Shown: piece after piece, positions 29,201 to 35,207 of the stretch
Position numbering within the stretch: position 1 is the stretch's first letter
Layout of the letters: the number at the start of each line of letters is the position of its first letter
Origin: Nanobdellati archaeon
Lineage (GTDB): Archaea > B1Sed10-29 > JAGVWA01
NCBI GenBank assembly: GCA_018304505.1
Contig: JAGVWA010000019.1
Location: 1-39,572 of the forward strand
Direction of reading: 5' to 3'
Length of the DNA stretch: 39,572 bases
Position numbers and translations under genes: made by a program
The notes under the pieces: model-generated
Database searches by the model: none
Told to the model about the DNA's origin: nothing
What the model saw: only the letters and a program-made list of their open reading frames with translations

Positions 29201-32200
29201 CGCGGAAGTAGACAAGTTAAATTCTCCCCTGCCACCACTCAGCCGATAGTGCAACGGCACGCTGGCGCCGCCAGATGTCACACATACTGCATCCGCACCA
29301 ATCAATGGCATGTTACCTAGCGTGACAGAGAAACTGCCGGGGCACTCAAATACCACCTTAAGATCACTACCACGTGGCGTAAGGTGTAAGTCATAGGTGC
29401 CGTCATTGTCAAAATCAAAACGCCTGGTTTCAGTAGGCCCGTTACTAAACGCTGTAACATCTGCGTAAACCGCGATGTAGCCTGCAGGGTCGAATGCGGC
29501 AAAGTCCTGCAGCCTGGCGTCTGTTGCGAACGGCAGCAGGGTTTTCGTGTCATTGATGCCTGCCCCCGTGTATTCAGACGTGTCAACTGCGTCAACTGTT
29601 ATTGAAGCACTCGCCAAGTCGTATGTTATAAGTGATACTGATGCGTCGCCTGCTTTGCAGTACGCTGCCGATGCCCCGGAGGTATCGTTTGAGAACAATG
29701 CAAGGTCTTCAATGCCATCGCCATCAAGGTCAATGCGCCGTTGAATCTCGTCCCCTGTTCCTGCCTCTAGTAGTATGCCAATTTTTCCAGACACTGAATC
29801 ATAGCTCGCCCTATCGTCAACACTCTGAGAGGCCCCCCAGTTTTCAATGTCATCATCTGGGATTGTAAGCTCAACGTACGATGCAGCCCCAGGGTCGTAC
29901 TCTGCGCCAGCCGTTTCGTCACCGTCAATGACAAGCTCGCCCTCAACGTCAGTTAATTGGAAATCAAGAACGCCGTCGAGCTCATAAAACAGGATCAATT
30001 GTTCTGTTGTGTTGTCATATACAGCCGTGTCGTTGCCCGGCCAGTTTTCCTGATCTGACACGTTCTGGTCTATGGTTGTTGAGTTCTCTGTGCCGTTGCC
30101 GTCAAGCACCACTGACTCCTGCGTCGCTGTGACAACAACTTGCTCTCCTATGAGGCTAATGTTGATTGACTTTGGCGAGTCAGGGTTCGATACCCGAACT
30201 GCATCGCCTATTGAGAAGCCGAGTGCCTTGAATTCAATAGCCCCACCATCCGTTATATAATTTATGGTGTGACCAGCACACAGTTCCCCATTTGCAAAGC
30301 TCGGGTTGTCTGCGCATGTGATGCTTGCCGATGAGGGTACGGGCAATCCAGTTTGTAGATCTACTTTAAACAGAGAGTCTTGTGAAGTCATTAATAATTG
30401 GCCTACTGGTAGCAATACCTCTTTAAATGCGACTTCAATGCTTGAACTACCAATAGCATATCTTATCGGCACGCCTCGGCATGTGTCTGAAACTGCCCCT
30501 GCTGTGGGGGCAAACGCTACAAATTCTCCTACACAATCAATCTCACTGCTGCTGCCTGCAAACGAGCCTAGTTTCAAATCTGGGACATTGTCTGCGTCAA
30601 GGTCAAAGTTGCGGAAAGCTTGTCCTGTTAGCGCTTTCAGATAAACAGTTATTTCGCCCATGTTGCTTGAATAAGCTGCGTAGTCTGTTGCATCACCCCA
30701 AAATCCAGCTGTTATGTCTGCTGCAGGCAATGTGCTTGTCGACCCTGGCGCTAATTCTGCAACATACTCTGCGTCTGAAGCATCAATCGCTACAGAAGTT
30801 AAACTTGGCAAGGCAAAGCCGAACCTGGCCGCAGGGTATTCTGTCTCGCCTGGCACAACTAATGAAACTGATTCATCAGAAATGACGATATTGTTTACTA
30901 CAACAAATCCCCTCCCAGTAACAGCAATCAAATCAGTAGTGTTTATACTTACCTCTACACCATTGTCTGGTGCTACGACTGCTGTTACCTGAACATCTAA
31001 ACAAGGTTCTGTGCCGCTGTTGATAGCCTGGTCCGTGTCCACAATGGTTGTACCTTGACAGTCTACGATCACTTGACCTTGTGAAGCGTCACTGGTTATC
31101 GCTAATACCTCTACTGGTTCATTTTCAATCGGGTCGAAGAATGAAACGAACCTTGTTTCTTCTTCAATTCCTCGTAGGTAAATTACCATTCGATTATTAA
31201 CTGAATCATATGCTGCGTATTCTTTTGCAGTTCCCCATGGGAAAACCAAAATGTCCTCTGCTGTATAATTGTCTTGCGTTGTGTATTCATTTGCTAATCC
31301 GTCGATTGTTAGCGGTGTTCTGTCATTTAGTACTAAGAAGTTTGTGGGGGCAGCTGTTCCGCCGATGACTACCCGGCTCGTTACTGCCAGGTCGGACACA
31401 AGGTCATTGTTTAAGTCGTAGCCCCTTGTTTGCCTAGACCCCGGGTTTACCTCGAGGAAAAAGTTCAAATAGTTACTAAAGCCAGTGAAGAGCGCGAACT
31501 CTCCATCTTCTATGTTGCCCCAGCTCTCAAAGATGGCCTCGTTGTCCTGTGGAAAGGCCGATTGATACGCATTAAGCTCCGCGGTATATTCTGACGCGTT
31601 GGCATCAAGCAATACCTCATCATCCACTGCCGCGAGTAGGAAGGGGAAGGTTTGCTCTACATCTTCTAATACTTGGGCGGCAGGCAAGCCCATTCTGGCC
31701 ACGACAGAGTGCACCTTTGGCGACACAGAAGGGTTGTTACTATCAAAATTGATCTTGTACTGGAAGTACCTATTCTCTGTCAAGTTCATAAAACCGGGGC
31801 TGCCTGTTAGTTCCTGGGTATAACCTTCGCCGCTACACTGTGGGTCATCACAAGTCCTTACGCCAATGGTAACAACCTTGTTCCTGTCCAGCAGGCCGTC
31901 ATTGAAGCCCTGGAGGCCAGAGCTGTATCGCTCAAGAACTTCTGCTGATGAAAGGGCTCGCGGATGGAGCTTAATCTCGTCCAAAATTCCATCAAAGTAA
32001 TCAACAAATTGACCAGTTGATCCGAGTGCAGTGAGCTGGTTGAGATCGAGACTACCTTGTAAAAATGAATCTGACGTATCAACCAAGACGCCATCGACAT
32101 ACAATTTAAGCTGGGTTGCTTCCCTGACGCCAACAATATGCGCCATACCCGTATTAGTGTATGGGATGTCTTGCATTGCAACGGAACCGGAACCAACTGA

Positions 32201-34774
32201 ATGTAAGGTTCCCCCCGACCCTGTTGCAAGATATATCATTCCATCATAAGCAACTACTGCTGTTGGTGCTGAAGGGAGTTGCCCCCCGATAGGATTAATT
32301 TGAATTCCATCTGTATAAATAAATAGGGGGCTAGTCGTAAAAACTGCGGGTAATGCATACAAATCTCCATTAAAGACCATTAGATTATTAAGTGGTTGAA
32401 GTGAAGTGAATTCAGTTATCCAGGAACTAGAACCATCCCATCGCACAATGCTGGTTAGACCAAGACTATTATCTCTTGCTATTCCATATATCCTGCCTTT
32501 GAAAACAATTATTGATGTTAAGCCAGAAGAACCAACCTGCGACGCCTTTGCAAGCCACTGATTATTTACTTCATCAAATTCAAGCAGCTGGCCAGAACTA
32601 CCCGTAGAAGCATAAAGTTTTCCATTGTATAAAATCATTGAGGTGATTACTTCAGTTCCTGGGAAGCTTGGCAGCGTGTCTGCACGCTTCACCCACTGCG
32701 CGCCAGTTTCATCCCACTCTAATAGTTTGCCTCCGGGTAACGTTCCTCCATAGAGCTTTCCCTTAAACGAAACTAAAGACGTGATTTGCGACTGTGATTC
32801 AAGGCTGCCTGCCCGTTGTACCCACCCAACACCAGCAACGAATTCAAGCAAGTGGCCCACTGATGGGCTTGTGCCTGCGAACAGCCTGCCGTTATGAACA
32901 GCCATGGACCCGATAAGTTGGTCATTCAGGTATGCCGATGCTGCTTCTGTCCAAGCCGTGTCACCCTTGGTCCATTTAAGTAGTCGGCCCCCGTCAGAGG
33001 CTGCCCCTGCATAAATCGACCCATTGAATACAACCATTCTATTTATAGACACAGTATCAAATTTGCTAGCGACTTCTACATGATTTATGAAATAACCATC
33101 ATTGACGCCAAATTGTAATCTCTGTCCACCTTCAGATGCTGAGCCTATAAATCCCAAAGTCACGCCTTCATGCGCAGCAGTGGTCGAGTATGAAGTTAGT
33201 ATATCTCCAGCAGCATCATCATTTGGTAGATTTGGTTTTGCCCATACTTCCAAAGAGAAGGGCTCTGTGCCCATTGCCCAATCGCGCCCGTCACCGAAAT
33301 TCACGACATCATCAATACCATCAAGCAGTACGCCAAAGCCCCCGGCTTTACCAAAAACGCCGTTAGTGCTGCCAGTGGTGACACCATCATTAACGCGCTC
33401 TGAAGAATCGATAACCTGTTCCGTGCCGATGTCCTCGAAGTGCGCCGCCAGCAAGTGATCCCCAGAAACCTGCCAGTGCAGCGAGTTCCAGATTGCAGGT
33501 TCAATTGCGTCATGCACCCTCGATTCATACGTGCCTGTTGTTTGCCCAGAAACTAGCTGCAATTCACCTGTTGGCGTTAGTTCTGTATTTACAAATGTTC
33601 CGTTGAAATCACCAGCTTTCGTGTCAATGCTAAATGATGGGCCAACCAATGTTATGGCATTACTTGATTCCGGGTTATAAACATCTATTGTTCTTGACGT
33701 AAAATTCGAGAGCGGGAAAACAACTTCAAGTGTTGGGTTGGTTGATGGGGTTGCCCCGACAGCATCAATGATGTCTGCTTCACAATTGGCTACAATAAAA
33801 GGCCTCACAGCAGGATTTAGGACAAACCCCCCAGCTCCACCTATGACAATTACTACTGACCCACAAACGATTTCATAATTAGTAGTGCCAGCTGTCCTTA
33901 CAACGCTTAATTTAATTGAGGCATTGCCATCACCATTAAAATCAAGATATCTTACTGTGGCAGGCGCATTATTTATACCTGATAATGAGATGACAAAGTG
34001 CGGTGCAGTCCTTACTGTACCAAGTTCATGTATCCCCGCCCGATCCGTTCCCCTCCAGTTTGCTGGATCAGAAACGCCACTTTGAGTTACATAGTTTGCA
34101 AATGAGCTGAAATCAGCTGCATTTCCATCTTGTTCATCAACAACGAGTTCCCTCGTCAAGGTGTGATTGAAAAGGTTAGTGGTCTGGAACTCGATTTCTT
34201 TATATTCTGATGCTGACGCGAATTCAATGGTTGCGTAGTCGAAGTCCCTGTCTGGGGACGCGAAAACAACATCAGGGTTCGTAAGTGTGGCCCTCAACCT
34301 AACCTGGGTCACGCCGAGGTTGTTTAATTCTGCAACGCTCTGGCCGTTTCGCACGTCAGGAATGAGGACAGTTGTTCCAGTTGAGTCCATGATGTCTACT
34401 ACTACCGTGCCATTGTGAGGAACCCTAGTAATCTTGATTTTGTCCCAGAAGTTGTTTGCTGGAATGTCAATGAAGTCAGACATCACAACGCCCGCAGTAA
34501 CGCCTTGTTGCAGTGTTATGTGCGTCGGCAAATTCGGGTCTGTAACTATCGTGATGTTGCTCGATAAAGCAGAGTCGACCCTTGTTGGGTCTGCAAAGTT
34601 GTCACAGAAGCTGTTTGGATTGGGACAGTCCGGCAGTGGCCCGGTGATGAAACCAGTAAGCGCGAACAACGCCCCTGGGTTTGTCACTGTGAAGTAGCCC
34701 AATACAACAAGTAAGGCGATTACAAGCGTCATTGCTGTTAATTGCGTCTGGGTCTGTCCTTTTGTGCCGATCAT
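14213..34774 (-). CDS. 6853-aa giant surface adhesin with class III signal peptide and nested domains
   Basis: Uninterrupted 20.5-kb ORF starting TKG|QT plus a hydrophobic helix. Contains about 15 DxNxDG modules, 2 LamG domains each with a 7-blade propeller, TSP3 (DTDGDGIADPIDNCP), CARDB, multiple cadherin-like repeats (VTPVND.P), PKD (YTWNFGD) and Ig domains. Ends in a helical region, a Cys motif and poly-Asp. Confidence 0.92.
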   Translation of the reverse strand: MIGTKGQTQTQLTAMTLVIALLVVLGYFTVTNPGALFALTGFITGPLPDCPNPNSFCDNFADPTRVDSALSSNITIVTDPNLPTHITLQQGVTAGVVMSDFIDIPANNFWDKIKITRVPHNGTVVVDIMDSTGTTVLIPDVRNGQSVAELNNLGVTQVRLRATLTNPDVVFASPDRDFDYATIEFASASEYKEIEFQTTNLFNHTLTRELVVDEQDGNAADFSSFANYVTQSGVSDPANWRGTDRAGIHELGTVRTAPHFVISLSGINNAPATVRYLDFNGDGNASIKLSVVRTAGTTNYEIVCGSVVIVIGGAGGFVLNPAVRPFIVANCEADIIDAVGATPSTNPTLEVVFPLSNFTSRTIDVYNPESSNAITLVGPSFSIDTKAGDFNGTFVNTELTPTGELQLVSGQTTGTYESRVHDAIEPAIWNSLHWQVSGDHLLAAHFEDIGTEQVIDSSERVNDGVTTGSTNGVFGKAGGFGVLLDGIDDVVNFGDGRDWAMGTEPFSLEVWAKPNLPNDDAAGDILTSYSTTAAHEGVTLGFIGSASEGGQRLQFGVNDGYFINHVEVASKFDTVSINRMVVFNGSIYAGAASDGGRLLKWTKGDTAWTEAASAYLNDQLIGSMAVHNGRLFAGTSPSVGHLLEFVAGVGWVQRAGSLESQSQITSLVSFKGKLYGGTLPGGKLLEWDETGAQWVKRADTLPSFPGTEVITSMILYNGKLYASTGSSGQLLEFDEVNNQWLAKASQVGSSGLTSIIVFKGRIYGIARDNSLGLTSIVRWDGSSSWITEFTSLQPLNNLMVFNGDLYALPAVFTTSPLFIYTDGIQINPIGGQLPSAPTAVVAYDGMIYLATGSGGTLHSVGSGSVAMQDIPYTNTGMAHIVGVREATQLKLYVDGVLVDTSDSFLQGSLDLNQLTALGSTGQFVDYFDGILDEIKLHPRALSSAEVLERYSSGLQGFNDGLLDRNKVVTIGVRTCDDPQCSGEGYTQELTGSPGFMNLTENRYFQYKINFDSNNPSVSPKVHSVVARMGLPAAQVLEDVEQTFPFLLAAVDDEVLLDANASEYTAELNAYQSAFPQDNEAIFESWGNIEDGEFALFTGFSNYLNFFLEVNPGSRQTRGYDLNNDLVSDLAVTSRVVIGGTAAPTNFLVLNDRTPLTIDGLANEYTTQDNYTAEDILVFPWGTAKEYAAYDSVNNRMVIYLRGIEEETRFVSFFDPIENEPVEVLAITSDASQGQVIVDCQGTTIVDTDQAINSGTEPCLDVQVTAVVAPDNGVEVSINTTDLIAVTGRGFVVVNNIVISDESVSLVVPGETEYPAARFGFALPSLTSVAIDASDAEYVAELAPGSTSTLPAADITAGFWGDATDYAAYSSNMGEITVYLKALTGQAFRNFDLDADNVPDLKLGSFAGSSSEIDCVGEFVAFAPTAGAVSDTCRGVPIRYAIGSSSIEVAFKEVLLPVGQLLMTSQDSLFKVDLQTGLPVPSSASITCADNPSFANGELCAGHTINYITDGGAIEFKALGFSIGDAVRVSNPDSPKSINISLIGEQVVVTATQESVVLDGNGTENSTTIDQNVSDQENWPGNDTAVYDNTTEQLILFYELDGVLDFQLTDVEGELVIDGDETAGAEYDPGAASYVELTIPDDDIENWGASQSVDDRASYDSVSGKIGILLEAGTGDEIQRRIDLDGDGIEDLALFSNDTSGASAAYCKAGDASVSLITYDLASASITVDAVDTSEYTGAGINDTKTLLPFATDARLQDFAAFDPAGYIAVYADVTAFSNGPTETRRFDFDNDGTYDLHLTPRGSDLKVVFECPGSFSVTLGNMPLIGADAVCVTSGGASVPLHYRLSGGRGEFNLSTSALPGGTMTQTATNWNGQQIRLMSPGATQPLGAVELPSGINTCAGTTVDVAKTGAIIEVGLNSTFIKSGYVTVASEASAYAVRLLTPVATQNYLAHILNTIFAGAGDSSIDGEIDPETEYGPFPERDYVVSTLPFGEWPDWQGNDSASMAAYNALSNEIRLASITEGTVVYERRIDLDNDQEPDARWITNNIDTQNPVTTIQCLAPGELFTALTLAGVDISGSFECKGVTVTYATSAVKDVELGLKKSGATGYVVLTTPTSTRRIGLIPEGSFQPLALTTPEPPQTFEFAVSNTATSLLVDGVMNEPTEYPAYPDHDYLDGNLPLSDQGNWFSNEMLDFVVYDPAFSKIGLGYSIQDNAAPERLVDFNNDGTFDLYFSSYATTPLPADHILRSQISCLVPGSEFTDGGSFNLVTSVTNDVSGFFICGQVSVEYATEFGTDIELSLTAGPTTGFIVLGTNSSANKVKLIPAGATNSLALASETRDVSYPTLHFMSPDDKELEHYNVLMLQSTFTHFVANKDNLLKIDGNKTEYGGADEYVAGSIVSDPANWPGEDFVISDDAQDMVGIFVGSAGLSTLNSRLERRYDLNLDGTPDFTIVMIYRFGNIDAILRCGTYGDIVYWDGGMPISSIFSTMTMLYECNGFTIYDSHGPQGVEIGLVAGQLSTPITVSNPASANKIDLAYFANQPAPSAIFNFFTESSYGPINVDGVADFDEYVGGDYIKASVPPASLSSWDVASGTTDVASTDLNNDLIGIFSRVRNTVVERLIDFNEDAKPDLYYKLDGLCDGGICNGRVSATISCLVSGDDWSHTGTFGTTGNIQAFRGCGGVGIEYSSLLTGTSTSFKSFELVIKIDTWDSDSIFVGSNDTTQRIQLLKPIIQRTFKFGVKPSESPMELDGGFSSQEYGGEWQSDYLAIFDNDFERPQWGDTFEASAFDESTGKLAVYFEAGEGPSERFIDLDNDGISDMRLFTSVASTEFPGVINESEIQCLYPGQEFLDSNNGISQISGAFNCANVPIEYFSLSPIGESSAIEFTMDSTGNFGFVTVSAPTAVDVVSLVIPAAQDEEGYREIDADFDGFPELIIVYGSQRIYCTATGEFIFSDVSPDHGLGSAECGGLEVEFAVSDTGRSAELAIAKDSMTSNYVTVTNPDSTTSINVFLPEGVVPEPAPTTSQLIIPVNIETDYLPPALDFWELSWTLNDTDGDGIADPIDNCPDVFNPSQADSNGFQDGTGAGDACEEIPDVLVSAIQVLQNPVQRGNLANISITVSSIGNKAPGAFTVTITDQTESPAVIIDQRTVTFTNAIDSTAYTVQYDTTGKLDGSHTLRGFADSGNVVEELDEANNILTTTLTIEIPNTAPFFNGTIPTQNLIEDQVTPVTLLLSQFAFDAETASTDLFYTLVSNSNPTLVSAVFGVSCTANCKESVTGGLKIGIAQAEASGSSQLCVNVNDGFLTSAQQCFNVIVESVDDAPVISAIPLQTFVEDTVYTGLSLDNFVTDVDTAPSGLIWASTQPGNLTIVINSVPPHQVTVTPQANFFGTRIATFNVTDGTSFDEVDVTFNVTPVNDNPIIIGLPGSILLGEGENITLNLTQNVTDVEDLPQDVLWTVSNVDLVEAEFLDAGQVITPGSATDTTQGDFNQGTFSSTESTATGEVQLSTGQTTGTFTSRVIDAGSAAAWNTATWTALEPSSAGGGLTGGVLLAHMDDASGVITDSSGNSNNGVNNGATYSAPAQLGFGTAMSFDGIDDYIDFSDDPDFDFGTGTFTLEAWVNPDAAGDDNIGDIISKFDTAAKKGYHLTVLDNYGSSHSNKRNIEFGIDNNAPSTTLTKVADRFSASDTFMLALIDFNGSLYGTATNGAANSLFRWSGSAWVRAAGDYTGANELHSMAVHNNKLYAGTSGSDNLGHLLEWNGVDAWIPRVTTNLNAQQGIESMVSFNGRLFGATRPNARLFEWTGGSVWTQRAGTPAGVTTDQIESLAVYNGKLYGATVTTGKLLEWNETGSSWTERAPQITVGGAGQTINSIAVYNGKLYAAGRGVLLEWNGVNAWVNRTSQFPLETLLADLAVYNGRLYAAAVSNKKLLEWDEANSAWLDRGSPIGATVAIRPAKLTVHNGKLYVSTRQAALNDGAGALYEAKTGIEATNDVELSTGTWHHIVGVKDTSTLKLYIDGALVDTSDVFTASSFNLDNAVPLTVGKGTHDYYNGLMDEVIVYNRALTGTEVADRFTGGPASTSGGFDTNLTMQFRSCNDAVCSGESFGSEFSTSPQSIAVVPDNRYFQYRANLVTSDSAETPQLLDATIDFETSLPANSGTQLKITVPIGVSGGEDEITLTAIDTDGGNDTENMTIIIGVANSPPTIDPIPSQNATEDVVFNLNVGPFVSDPDNDDLTITSNSVYQISSAILCASPYSSCVLSFLYPEGVLADTFNVTVNDGEFVVFRTVNVTVTPVNDGPVIDPALPDVSFPEDSFDDTLVLDNFVTDADNTKAELIWTFSGNTNIFVSIGSAAQQHKVNFTAAQDFNGQETITFVVRDPENLNDTDTIIVTVTVSNDAPQAQVIPPITFAEDTVFTGLDLDGFVTDIDTPLSALVWTAAPVANLSVFINASTHGVTITPDADFNGIRTIVFTVNDSEFTDSTSVLVNVTPVNDAPTLAAIPDIDVNESSNTTTNFRSVDLAPFANDVDNDALTFSAVGSTNVNVNITGTILTVWGDPLFIGTETIQVAVTDTSNEQASRNVNVNVLDVNTPPTITSVTITPADPRTTDTLTCVATATDLDVGDTISFAYEWEQTLANGTQIIRSESTPTINSAETKKNEIWQCTATPFDSFPSQGTSATAVTTILNSAPVAVAESDAVTVQVGDSLGFSSANSPDADLDTLFYTWNFGDSTSFGPTTSTGVAHTYTSTGSKTVVLNVSDLEASDTDSLTINVVKEGTTMTANDANCVFSDSCLLSATLQEDDGPAVVGETITLTAGTQSCNAVTDGAGFASCSFNVSQAPGSATITASFAGTANYTSSSDTATLTIAKETLFLSLDTVLARFSDPTPAVSGSAEENDGPTPTQAAQARVFVDADGDTLQGVGETCDANIVSGLFTCQPAASIQLAQGTYSITVNLLSNTFYTAAQATGTLNVDPEQTIITADSKTCTETQTCALSGNIQSDDAEFRSVSVSQGVDTNYNSIFEALETCSTTSSASTGDFACTPAAPLAGRVPGTVSNAIFANFSGDAFWQQAMAFADLTVADDDTQGPTLSVPAVVNESASNLNILVSVSFTDEFTGNSDISEAKLYFAFNNPGVSDTVNDGELDIISGTATLLSSFIGDAKEGDTIYWIVKVTDNDNDHTGDKASTFSSVVSTLITDDDTTAPEVTLTSPVNNQVLGPDDIPFTVTAVATDTGSGINKVEFFQFNGVPVSIGIDTVPGPGNVYSVSWNPSFTLGANEFMLREYGGNGRGLTTGYVSSDDYTVLDPTNYQGTNFATRQASPNYNYVNFFEPGSISDQVRLIDLNGDNQDDLRITIDFVTQDFAIECKNLSGGSYELVAGFQNGTWPTRTDSSCNTVGLTGVKGATGNGMELFVNRAKVLLLFGNDFIGIKSQAATTYIKLKSIIVPPTGGVFNLRAVATDNDNSPSTAQDEVFNITVDLQPPVIQSIDADDTQIYTSTTITANVTDNFAVGTATATVFAPNGALAGVIPLTPTFTAGSTQATFVGTFSNTSQLGAYLVSVTTVDQTGQSATDTATFQAQDTLLPVIQGVDFPGDDPTAILSILNLNPLNKTVNIYEPLDEAAFVSDNYQLTSVYGEFITPSVTAFTQQCEDNVGPVAFQAAELNFTCPFTQTAELGTYTARVFATDDEVPVEGFDLRIGSVTTFTGTQGALTLAQDDYTIIDPASYTGINLAGTIGLPSKNYVIYFQPNTVTDAVRLVDINTDGSDDFRLTVDPATNNFAFECRPFSGGAYSLIANFKNSTYPNATNSNCNGIGFTGIKAASGSGVQIFFNRNKIFSLFDKDYIGIKSLAATEFITLKQIPLTFKLEAGKTVSAYNGGDSPFNSSYDYSVLNPAFYATSRDFAARATVTNPNYLLFFEPSSTSDTQRIVDLNGDGEDDFRVTVDPATNNFAFECRPFSGGAYSLVANFKNSTFPNVTNSNCNGIGFTGVKAANTTSTPAGVQFFFSKAHIFTLFGNEFINIKNPASPRYIKLTQEASFQGSVPTYVSVSETFTVADQTAPTIVGILLAENYTVNDTITLLAGVSDNYQLTQVETTVLHPNGTLFTGLCQQSVAPVAFSSVNLAYECNITDEIGSTADTGTYQITITATDGTFTTDAIVETEVTVFGEDTTAPEILAAQAESPVEVYNTSRINATAFDNIALNNTGLAFITNSNGTIVEIVTLAEFASRTVPGGEEADFEGDFTETLFPDLYNAELIILDAAGNEARVNVTVLVRDSIAPVVTVTPVPGTVEVFTASSIQLDVTDNYDIDAITASYVAPSGGAPVQLCSFTDNTMPDVNLRTQDTFSAACALNTTELGIYAITVTANDSEGNTIIEGATVTAQDTIAPEIVDLALQAETSTLLNGTFTVVFGSQLNLTGAFTDNFDIDTAVVTTTTSLGTTQQIVNYPASPEFSFSGLLTLLDTATLGPHTVTVEVFDSSGNSADSVSEGFAIEYTVAFEVQLEIVSITVAPTVAPLHPPLTDNSTYAAGESFNIIVQVRNTGAFNTSTATLSTDTVSVLLSFANTSVPLPTIAPGATVTGTLSATVPVTASVDDFENVIINLIANAAEIEPPVEPAENTTTVTIVGTNGLVAEKLALVALANSINLNNVKPLEHSDFKVMGNKIEQVEKAGLKMEKEFLESQVQLPMGSIDSLRAAGHQTEKDCQSAILAIHKAEEREARAIKKGKTQLAGYLQQLQDIMRQVKRIDMIIMSTLIDQDVSNSKKACHVEDDDDTAFEDPSNNVRFLKDFHEIIRQLKKQAKIDAPFCSVDADCDDGLSYNVDVCKSNGFCKYKKAPPAGGDDDDDDDDDD
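14216..14245 (-). repeat. (GAY)n trinucleotide run encoding the poly-Asp C-terminus
   Basis: About ten consecutive GAC/GAT codons before the stop. Confidence 0.9.
16791..17470. repeat. Recent intragenic tandem duplication, 513-bp offset
   Basis: Identical blocks 16806-16837 = 17319-17350 (32 bp) and 16895-16933 = 17408-17446 (39 bp). Confidence 0.9.
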
Positions 34775-34816
34775 GGTTTTGCCCCATTGTTATTATTCAT
34801 GGTAAATCAACATGCC

Positions 34817-34824
34817 TATTTAAA
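34817..34824 (-). promoter_or_regulatory. Putative TATA box (TTTAAATA) for the giant gene
   Basis: About 45 nt upstream of ATG 34774; the same TTTAAATAG occurs upstream of the 1334-aa gene. Confidence 0.5.
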
Positions 34825-34829
34825 GTTAT

Positions 34830-35207
34830 TTATGGTAAGTTTATCACGGTCTCGATTAAGTTGCTTACGCCGATTGTGGCGTTGTGTGTTAATGACTCGC
34901 GGGTGATGAATGCCTCGATGTCGTTGTTCACGTTCACCTTCAACACCACCCCTCTTTCAAGTGCCAGCCTGCCGCATGATTCCGCGATGCCGAACGCCAT
35001 TGTCCGGTTTGCTTGTGACAGGCAGATTGCCTGCGCTGACAGCACGCTGGTGGTCAGCTGCATGTCGCCGAAGCCGTCATTGTCAAGGTCAATGTACCTT
35101 GTCTGCTCGCTGGTTGTGCCCCTTCCAAGGAATATCACTGTCTCGCTCGTAGAGAATCGCTGTACAGCCCTGTTAATTCCAGGATATGGACCGAAGTCTG
35201 CGGGCAA
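34830..35207 (-). pseudogene. Out-of-frame ninth module of the 1334-aa gene (frameshifted C-terminal fragment)
   Basis: Encodes the same module (YPGINRA..RYIDLDNDGFGDM..C..C..IEAFI) without its N-terminal part; overlaps the upstream ORF end in the +1 frame; no signal peptide. Confidence 0.75.

Noticed and set aside
14213-34774. Inteins or self-splicing elements as the explanation for the nested inserts
   Set aside because: The inserts lack Cys/Ser starts with His-Asn ends, Hint motifs and homing endonucleases.
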